Source of the DNA: Kudoa neothunni
Taxonomy: Eukaryota; Animalia; Cnidaria
Direction: 5' to 3'
NCBI GenBank assembly: GCA_964304625.1
Contig: OZ199840.1
Location: forward strand, 10,689,844 to 10,753,843
Length of the DNA stretch: 64,000 nt
Positions within the stretch are counted from its first letter, which is position 1. Each line of letters opens with the position of its first letter. The notes beneath the pieces were generated by a model. The model worked only from the letters and a program-made list of their open reading frames with translations, did no database searches and was not told where the DNA came from. The translations under genes were made by a program, and so were the position numbers. Positions 54,101-64,000 of the stretch are shown in pieces.

Positions 54101-55631
54101 GTGTTGATTGTGCGGTCAAATTGCGAAATATAATTAGATGCTCCTACCATACCTATTCAAAATTTTACTGTAAGGTTCATCTAATGAAATCATCATTTCT
54201 CATCTATTAGCTGCCTTTGAAAGATAAATTATGACTTAAATTTTGTTATGACTGCTCGACTCAAATAGAATTCAAAGGGCCTTTATGTTAGTTTTTTCGC
54301 GTATTTCCTGACGTTAAAATTACAATAAAGCATAATCTATTAATCAATTTTTGCAACAACTTGATTAATAGAATTTTTTAACGTGTTTTATTGTAAAATT
54401 AATTCAAACAAAGTATAACTCAAATCCAATAGATTTCAATGTATAATATTTAATGTATAATATTTGAAAATGAACTTACATGTTTTCATCAGCTGTACGA
54501 ATTTCCGGCAGTCCATAACTATTGAGCAACTGTTGATACAATTCATAGGTTGTAACCACAATATCAGTCTCTTTGATTTGGGCGGTGTCTGCAATGGTAG
54601 AAGCTGAGCTAGTTTGGTTCGGTTGTGAGAGAACCATATCAGGTCTTGCGGCCTCAAGTTTACGATCGAAACAAGGCATAACAGCAAGATGATAGATTTT
54701 CTGGGCTCTATAACGACCAATTATTAAATGACAGAAGAACAACCACATGAGATTACTCATATGGAAGTATTCTTTTGACAAGTCCTCCCATCACTCCTTG
54801 GATCGATCTAACGTAACTTAATTGATCAACCACCTCGCCTTGGCATCTCTTTTCCGCGTAACATGCCCATCCAGGACACGAAGATGAAAAAACACGTACA
54901 CTTTTCCCCTCTAATAACCGAAAATTATGTTAATTCTATCACATTCATAGCTATGCCGAATATTACGGAATGAAGCTTCCTTGTAAAGTTTAACGAATTC
55001 CAACGCAGATTCTCTCAAACATATGTGGTTAATTTCCATATGGTTAAACACAAATTTCGCGCCACAATTATTCTTAAAATAATCCACCGCCAAACTCACT
55101 GTGTTGTCAATAGATAGATTGAACGAATGAGCTAATGACAACACAGACTGAGGCGATATAGAAACTATTAGAATTTGTCTTTCCTATAATATTCCAGGTA
55201 ACACTCATCCTCGACAACAATGCCTAACATAGGCAATCTGATAAAATGGACAAATTACAAGCTCAGGCAGACGATTATTAGTGGAAATGAATTCCGAAAA
55301 CTCGTTAAAACTTTGCTGCTCTATAAAAACCACCTCGGCACTGGTGACACAACCACTGCAGGCTAAACAGTCATCCAGTTTGATTTTTCCTACGTTTCTG
55401 TTTGTCTCAGTTTTCCCAGTCTAATCGAGAATAAGATGACTTCAAACCAACTCACATCATCACATTGTTATTGTTGGATGGATTGAGTGGTCTTTTTTTC
55501 AAAAGAACAGCTTCATTTTTATTTGCCTGTGCATCTTCGTTTTCAGTAATTAACGGTTTTATACAACTTTTGGATGGGTTGATAAAATCATTCAGATCAG
55601 TCAACTTCAAACCATTACTAGCTTGTTCCAT
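50511..55631 (-). CDS. CIAO3: Cytosolic Fe-S assembly factor CIAO3/NARFL/Nar1, multi-exon with a ~3.3 kb intron; contains an in-frame TAA
   Basis: LTDLNDFINPSKSCIKP, IKLDDCLACSGCVTSAE, VSISPQS, SSCPGWACYAEK, IYHLAVMPCFDRKLEAARPD and ETDIVVTTYEL in 54480-55631. GESGG, LRFAK|VYGFRSIQN and YIEVMACPNGGCLNGGGQ in 50511-51154. Confidence 0.88.
51155..51185. repeat. (TGAT)n microsatellite directly before a CIAO3 splice acceptor
   Basis: Visible (ATCA)n run. Similar simple repeats occur at 25276-25302, 14199-14222, 23525-23543 and 60110-60132. Confidence 0.85.
52730..52900 (+). repeat. (GTACGYAT)n tandem repeat, possibly part of a Helentron/DINE-like element in the CIAO3 intron
   Basis: Octamer tandem repeat at about 52778-52823 inside a non-coding block. 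Element identity is an inference from layout only. Confidence 0.35.
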
Positions 55632-58600
55632 GGACAATTAGGTTAAAGCGAGATAGCAACTGAAGAATTATTGTTACGTGCGCAAGGCACGGTTGACCAT
55701 CGATGTAAATATCTTATATGCTATACTCCCAAAGGATTATCGTTAATTTTATTAAATATGTTTTAATCCGAACAATGAATTTATTTCACCCAATTACATT
55801 TTCGTTTCTATCTAAATAATAACAAATTCTACTAGTAGTACTCTTTCGATATCCACAAATTAAACGATGTATAGTAAATACAAAAAATCCATGAATATTA
55901 AAATTTTTATAATTATTCATTCTTTGTTATTAGAAGTTGAATAAATTAATTTGAAAAAAATTATGATTACATGGAATTTTCGGTATAAATCGCTCGAATT
56001 CGAGTTAGTAACCCATTCCCAGTTTTATCTAGGGGATAGGATTTAGTTTCATTTTAACGAATATAATTTTTCGCATATAAAGTTTAGTATTTTGTTAATC
56101 ATAAAATATTCCTGAAACAGAAGAAAAATTAGGTTTTGTCAAAAACTTTTTCGAAAATATTATAAATAAAAAATTATTTTATTTCGCACTATTATAATTA
56201 TTATTTTGGTATTTGTAATATATTAATGGTATTAATTGGAATGATTAATTGATTAGAATAGTTTTTCATATGTATCAGGAGAGATTTAATTCAATTATGT
56301 TTGAAAAATTATATTTATACAAGTATGTGATAACGCTAATCATTCTAAACGTATAAATAGTCATTAAATTGTATTATTATATTTTGAAGATATTTTTATT
56401 CCATATAGGAACCAACGAAGGCTTGAGTCCATTACAGTGAGTTTTTTCTAAAATATTTTTAAGCAAGAATAATACTTACGTCTGATTTCTGTCAATGGTT
56501 AGGCTGTTTTTTGTTTTTAAGAATCGTAATTTCCTTTTACGATTTTAAGAAATTAATTATATGAAAATTATAAAATGAAAGCTATTTTTAATATCTAGGT
56601 AAAAATTCGTATTTTATAGATTTTATTTTTTTAACCATTTTACATAGGGATTCATTTTTTTGCAACGATAAATCTCCCAGAAATGAGTGGAAAATTGGTT
56701 GAGCCTTGATTTTTAATGTGATGGTTTAACCCATTATTTTGTATGTGCAAACAGCTTTTATCATTTTATTAGGTTAGCTCGTTATCGATAGAAAGAAAAT
56801 TTGGAGCTTTTAATAAACTATTAAATAATTAAATTTGTTTAAATAATTTCGTTCAAATTTTATAATACTCAATATTATTAAATGACAGAATAATAGTTTT
56901 TGTTTTTTTTATGATAAAACATAAAGAAACTGATTAAATATTTTTACAAATAAAGATGATGAAATTCGTTTATTTTATCCAATATAATGCTAACTATCCT
57001 AGTTATTAAACTATATATCAATATTTTAGTCCAAAACGATATTCAATCTTTTTAATCTCTTAATCATTAGATTAATGTTTCCAAGCCGTTTTTTTGGTAT
57101 CAAAATTTTTTTGGAAAAGAATAGTTCATTATTTTTAACACATGCTACTCAATTCATGATGCGATGGAAAATTGTATAAAATTATAAGCATTTTTCGATT
57201 CTCTCTCATGAATCGTTGATTTAAGTCCTTCAGAATAGTGAGGTTTTTACAGTTTTCCAATAAAATAAATTGGTAATTTATCAGCTCTAAATTATGTATT
57301 CAGTCATTAATACGAAGGCACGTTTGTCGGACTGCTTTAAACCCCTTAAATTGGATTAGTCTCTAACTGCATAGGTTCTTTGAGACAACTATTCATAGCA
57401 AGAACGTAACCATCAAGATTAATTACATTTACCTTCTGTAATATATTAAAATCCTCAAAAACCTGAGTTACCCATTCCTAAACAGTATTCATGTCGAAGT
57501 CTAAATCTCTACGTACATTTGGTGGGTGATGTTTCAAATAAAATATTTTTTTTAATTTTCTGATAACACTAGATCGCAATTGAGAACATATATTCTAAGA
57601 TCTTTAGTCGTCATTGTTGCTTTCTCAGTCATAAAATATCATCCGCTAATATTTTTCTTTTTACTCGCATGGGTCCAATCCAGACAGATTTTTTCCAAAT
57701 TGAATAAAGTTACCGCTTAAGATTTTATTATGATTTAAAAAAAATTTACTGTGGAATTCTCGCTCCTTAGGATAGGATGCTATGAAGAGATGAATATGTT
57801 TTCCTTATTTAAATTGAGCTTGTACTAACAAAATGCTCGATATATTAAAAACCTTCAAAATCATAGTTTTCGTATTATAAATTCATTTTAATGAAGTAAA
57901 GTTATTTATTATTTCAATTCTTTCGTCTAAACTTCTTCGTGGTCTCGCTATATTGATGATTTGGTTGTTTAATTTAAGGGATTATTCGGATTAATAATGG
58001 AGGTTTCTACTTCGCTACGGTAAATCATTTGAACTGCTTTTAAATTAAAATATTAATAATAAATTTATTTATGTTTATTATTTAATTTGTAACTATAAAA
58101 ATCGACATGTTTACTGCTCAACTTAAATTCTAACAGAAAATGTCAATTTTAATGAACTGAAGCACGCTACATGAAGTCTTTACGATAAAAATATTCAGAC
58201 AATAAATGATCCTGAATAACTATTTACATAATCCTTTAATCAAGTCTATTCCGATGCTACTTTTATAGATAGGTTCCAATTTTCGTAATTTTCCGAAAAC
58301 AATGAATAATAGACGTAACACAACATTCTACATGTGATTTTATTTGATGAGAAGAATATTGAGTAGTTTGTGAGAATTAAAAAGCTATTTTCAGGTTCAT
58401 AAAATTATTAATTTTTTATTGATCTCTACGAATTTAATCCCTTGTGCATAGACATAGTTTTGATTATAGTCCATTATTTCTGTCTCAGAAGTGTGGTTTC
58501 GATTTTAAAAATTAAATATAGTACATCAACAAGAAAAAAACTTTAGCTACAATCTATAAATAGAAATTTTTTGGGTATTTAAAATGATGCTCGCGCACTC

Positions 58601-59263
58601 AAGTCAAACTTTTAAGTTTATATCTGCAGAGACTATTTTAAATTATTTTGTTCAACTCTTATTGGCTTACTGTGTACGTCTTAAGATTAATCGTGTTTCA
58701 ATTAGTTTATTAAACTCAGTTTGATTAAGCCAACCCAATTAAAACGAAAAACACATCAAAGTGTAACGACTGATGCGACCCTTTATCTTTCTGGGGAAAT
58801 GAGAGTGTTGCCTCAATAATTCAGAAATGGAAGATAATTCTATTGTCAAAGAATTGAACCTTCCAAAGGTCGCCTTATTTTATTTAGAAGAGTTTGGCAT
58901 CTATTTTAAACATCATGGCTCAATTTTAAATCGCATTAAAAAAAGCTGGTTTTCAATATTATTTAAGTTATAGTTAATTTTGTGTTTTAATATTTGTACG
59001 CATGTGCGAAACTGAGTACGTACGTATTATCCGGCCGGGACTAGTAGTACGCACAATTTCCTCATTCCCTAGAGGATTACCTACGACCAATCCATTACTA
59101 CTATATTACCAATTCTAAGTCTATATTGGAAATTAAAAAAATCTAAATAAGACATATTTCGGACGATAATTTTCTATCATGTAAAAATAATCAACAAATC
59201 AAATAAAAAATCATCACATATTACTAAATATATTAAAATATAGCTTTTTATAATTAGGTACAC

Positions 59264-60578
59264 TTAAACCAAACTATATTCTTGAAGGTGGTTTTGGAGA
59301 ATGATATCTTTTACAGCTTCGAATACAAATTTAATGTTGTTGGTATCTGTGGCGCAAGTAAAATGCCCATAGATAATTCGGGTTTCGTCCAAATTGCATG
59401 AATTGTATTTATCAGAGAAGAATTTTTTCGCCGCTTCAAAATCATTATTTGGACCAGTGTAGTCGGGGAGAAAGTCCCGAATGTGGATGGTTTTGATTTT
59501 TTGTTCGAGTAGATCGTATTTGTTAAGAAACAGTATAATTGAGGTTTTATTGAAACAAGGATATCTGAGAATAGTTGAAAAAAGAGACAAACTCTCCATT
59601 GTTCTATTGATATGGGATGCTTCCACAAGTGTTTGATCGTATTCGCTAAGTGAGGCTAAAAATATGATTGAGGTGACTGATTCGAAGCAGTGGATCCATT
59701 TTCTACGCTCGGAACGTTGCCCACCACAATCAATAAAACGAAAATTGACTTTTTTTATCGAACATAAAAATTCCAGGATTCCAGTTGTGGCCACTCTAGA
59801 TCTGACAATATCGTCCTGTGTTGGACAATAATTTGGTTCGGATATTCGAGTGATATTCTCTTCTTTTAAAAAACTAAAACAATCAGTTTATACCGCCGTT
59901 TTCAGATTGTGAATGGATACTATTCAGCGGAGTCGGGCATATTATACAGACTGCCTTTTTTGAAACTTTTCACAAAATCAGGATCGTTCCAAGCCAGTAA
60001 AATTGCATCTTTATATTTCGATAAATCGTCAACCATTTCCATAGTAGCTAATTCGAGGAATGTCTGCAAATAGCTCTAAATAAAGAAAAATAGTCAATGG
60101 ATGTGTTGTTGTGTGTGTGTGTGTGTGTGTGTGGTTTAAAGTTACGCGATCAACATTTGGGTCTGGAGCAGCGCCGTCGTCCGCTTCATCATCATCGTCG
60201 TCGTCGTTCATATCACCCAAAATTCGACAAATGGTTTTCACTGCCATTATAACATTTTGTTTAATACAACCAATAAAATTTTTTGATTCCACTTCCGAAT
60301 AACCACTTCCGTGAATAATCTTCATTTGTTTTATAAAGGTGCTTTTACCAGATTCTCCACAACCTATCAACAAAAAATAAAATACAACTCTTCTCAGAAC
60401 CAAAAATTCATCCAAAACACTTGTAATCAACATCAAACTATAAGTTACCTAAAAGTAGAAGTTTGTATTCGAGTGCAACTTTTTTTTGGTCTTTTTTCAA
60501 CTTCCTTTCTATCATTTTGGAGATCTCATTAGCTTCTTTCATTTCCGGCGATGTTACGCAACATAGGAAGGAAGCCAT
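59264..60578 (-). CDS. GNAQ: Heterotrimeric G protein alpha subunit, Gq/11 class, 4 exons
   Basis: MASFLCC (no Gly2; palmitoylation CC), KLLLLG|CGESGKSTFIKQMKIIHGSGYS, RVATTGI, DCGGQRSERRKWIHCFE, ILFLNKYD, HFTCATDT and C-terminus LQEYSLV (Gq: LKEYNLV). Confidence 0.9.
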
Positions 60579-63500
60579 TGTGTTATGTTGTGAAAATACC
60601 TCTCACTTATTGTTTAACCGATAATGGTTACAGTTTTATCAGTTCTGGTTCGTGATAGAATTATTTGTACCCCAAAATTCACGAACTCTAGCTAATCTAT
60701 TCGGGGTACAATCAACAATAAATACCAATAACAGATTATAGTGTGTCTTATGACGAAACCAATCGACACGCTCTTATTCCCTAATTTTATCAATATCGAG
60801 AAAGGGTAATGTTTTTTTGTAGTTCAATTTTGAGGGTTTATCGGTGAAAATAGTTGATCTTAAAATCAACCAAACATTGTGTTACATATAGATGTATAAA
60901 TGTTTAATCATATTTCGAAACAATTATCTCTTCTTTATTTATAGCGATTATTCACTCCTGCAGACAAAACAGGTTACAGATATTGATAAGGTGATCGCTT
61001 CCACTCAATAATATCTAAGATGGAATGTTTCGCTAGATGTCCTATTATCAAATTAATATGTTATTTATTGGATTCAGTGAATAATTCTCTAGATTGTAAC
61101 CATCATTAATTAAATAACTTCATGATTGTTTTAACAATCTGTATACACCTGAATTTTCTAAAATCCCAATGACGCATTTGCCAGTCATTACAAGTAATTC
61201 ATTATCTATTCGTCGTCGTAATTTATTAGCTGTTACATTAATAGTTTGTTAAATTCGATATTGTATTAATACAAGTTTTAAGGTTAGTCTTTACGTTAAA
61301 CTAATTATAATAACATTATCCCTTTTATATGCGTATTAATTATTTTCAACAATTTTCGACTGTATTTTTTGAATAAAATTAGTCGTAAGTATTCGTGCAT
61401 ACTAAAAATTATTGTTTCACTAATCACCTAAAGACGAAAAACCCTATTCTTTTTCTATAATGGGATACACAATAACTCAACCTCATTTTGTATGTGATTA
61501 CATTTAAACAAATATTTAGATAAAAATATTAAATGTATTTCAAGTTAAATTCACTACAACCAAATGTAATATTTTTATTGGTCCTATACAGCATCGGTTT
61601 AAATACAAGAGAGAAGGATTCGATAAATTTACTGAATGAAAACTTTAAGGCTGAAACTTGATTCATTTCACTTAAATGGTGTGTGATAGTGACAATAAGA
61701 TTATAGGAACTATAACATGCGTGTGCTTTCTCAAATTGCATGAATAGAAAATAATTTTTTATTAAAATATTTGAAAATAGCTTATCACAGTAAAAAAACC
61801 AATTCCACGTGATCTCCTCGGCATCAAGGAAAAAAGTGCGTCAAATTGGTCATGTCCAGGGCGCCCAAACCTTGGGTTTTTTCTATTAACCTTGGATTCT
61901 TGGGAATTGTTTCATTTTAAGCCAAATCTTGGGTTTTTTTTATTTACAAAACTTTTAGATTATTGAATTCTTTGAGATCAGTTATAAATAAAAAGTTTTG
62001 GTATTGGGTAGAATAACCATATTTATTTTTTTAATAGTGGAGAGAATTAAAATTAATCGAAATTTTAAAAAGATATCACGATCGTCGACAATGCGCTGTT
62101 TTCTGACCCTTGGATGATTGTTATTTAATCAATTGTTCTTATTATTCTGAGATCGTATTTGGATATTTTACCCCAAAATGATTTTATTAATGGTATACCT
62201 TTTTATACAGTTAACCAATACCCAATAGATTCCAGTTATTCTTCTAATATAATTTTTACTTTGATTTGATGAAAAATGTGATTCGAGAAATTATTGTACA
62301 AGTTTTAATTTGTATTTTATCTTGTAATGGTCTTCGGGGTAAAATTTATCCCATGTTTTTTTTGGTTGAAAATATTTCAAAAAATGTATACAATTTTGAA
62401 TTCAAATATAATGAAATTCATTTGAGTAGTTTTTATATAAAGTAAGAAAATGTTCAATAAATAAAGTAAAACGCACGCGCAGCTTATCCGATGATGTGTG
62501 ATGCCAGCGATTTATTCGAAGAATTTTGTTTATCCGAGAATGAATACCACGTTGTTGAGGAAAATTTCTTCTTTTAGATGTTTTTCGCTGAAAAATTGTT
62601 AAAATAAATTGATCGTAGAAACATTACAGGGGAAAAAGTGATACCACCTTGCCTCCGATTATCACTAAAAAGAGCCCGTTGAGACCGCATTTTTGTTTTC
62701 CATAAAAAATATTTGTTGGTATCTTATGTTTCCAGTAAAACAAAATGCGTGATTTTCTTAAAGAAATCGCTGAAAAATTATACAAACATTGTTGACAATA
62801 AATTCGACAATCTAAACAGGTTCTAGCATTGTTTATGCTTCCCAACAGGAACTTATTCTTAATGTAAAACGAGCAACAGGTGGATACAGTGGGAGGAAAA
62901 ATGATAAAAATTCTTCTAAATGGCGCGAATATTGGTATAAATTTTATTGTCCATTTGAGGGGTTTAACATTTTTTTTAATTTCTCGTAACTTTTAATAAT
63001 TCTTATTATGTTTTTTCTTAATATTTCAACTGGCGCCACACGTTGAATTCCGATGCATTAACGCAATTATTTTTTAAACGAAACATCGATGTGTACCGAC
63101 ATAAGGCGGATCGTAAACGAAGCTGATTATCGCGTGGATTACGTCAGAATTTAATATACATTTGCCAGTGTTTTATCCATAGGAATTAAAAATTATTCTA
63201 CGAAATTGATTATTAGATTTTTTAAATTGCTATAATTCAAAAAAAAATGTGAGGTAAAATTTACCCCAAAGTCAAATACACGTTCATCGTTTTTGGGTTC
63301 ATTAGATTAGACACTTTCATAATAATAAGTAATATTGTACTTTTCGGTAATAGGTATAGTTGTAGGGATTTTTTGGTATTAAATCTTAACTAAATAATAT
63401 ACAAGAAGTACCTGAAAAAGTGCGTGAAACTGACCAATCTGCGACTTTTAGTTACATTATTTTGCAACTTTCAACAATATTTTTTATAAAATTTTGATTG

Positions 63501-64000
63501 CAACATTATGAGAAACATATTACATAAACAACCAACAATCAATATTCTAACTAAATAGGTTTTTAAAAAGTGCGTGAAATTGGTTACTTACTGTATTTTA
63601 TTTTCGGTTATTTTAATCTGAGGGATTAATTTAAGTATATTTCAGTAAGTTTATGCTTAATAGTAGAGGAAATAATTGTAGATTTAGATGAAAAAATGTC
63701 TATTATTTTTGATTTAGTCATATTTTTATTGCTAAGACAGAACGAAGAACCAAAAATATCAAAAATTGAACGAGCTCTTCAAAGTATAACTTAATCTTGG
63801 ATATATATAGCTAGGTATGCCGAAATTCCAGGATTTTCTAAAAATTGCAAATATGGAGACTTTCCCTCTATATGGGAACCAGAATTCGTAGTAAACTAAT
63901 ATATGAAAAATTATTTTCTTGATATACTTTAAAATCATCTTGAGTGAGAAGTTTCAAATTTTGTCTGGATGCATGCATTGTAAATAATTCGCACTGGCTA

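Noticed and set aside
55700-59200. Possible genes or transposase relics in this AT-rich stretch (also 32500-36500 and 60700-64000)
   Set aside because: Only isolated, weak peptide resemblances and no consistent exon chain.
59875-59921. G-alpha intron starting GTATCCAT, similar to a U12 donor (GTATCCTT)
   Set aside because: Mismatch at +7 and no TCCTTAAC-like branch site near the acceptor. Best treated as a U2 intron.

Overview
Very AT-rich eukaryotic (animal) genomic DNA, not prokaryotic. Most short ORFs in the track are exon fragments or noise. Manual splicing at short GT-AG introns (mostly about 40-80 nt) gives 12 protein-coding genes: an FH2 formin (3' part), a claudin/PMP22-like four-TM protein, MRPS5 head-to-head with PPP1R21, an IQSEC/BRAG-like Sec7-PH ARF-GEF, PSMD11/RPN6, a torsin, a secreted protein with two minicollagen-type cysteine-rich domains, an orphan multi-exon gene, eIF5A, CIAO3/NARFL and a Gq-class G-alpha. 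The minicollagen-type CRDs, highly divergent proteins, tiny introns and low GC suggest a cnidarian, probably a myxozoan parasite (inference). Intergenic space holds decayed DNA transposons (piggyBac, hAT, Tc1/IS630-like, pogo-like), MITEs and a probable tRNA-derived SINE. Most notable: an in-frame TAA inside the conserved last exon of the normally essential CIAO3 gene, a collagen-less double-CRD secreted protein (candidate polar capsule/nematocyst component), and an NRF1-like motif just upstream of an intact MRPS5. Exon boundaries were read by eye and are approximate.
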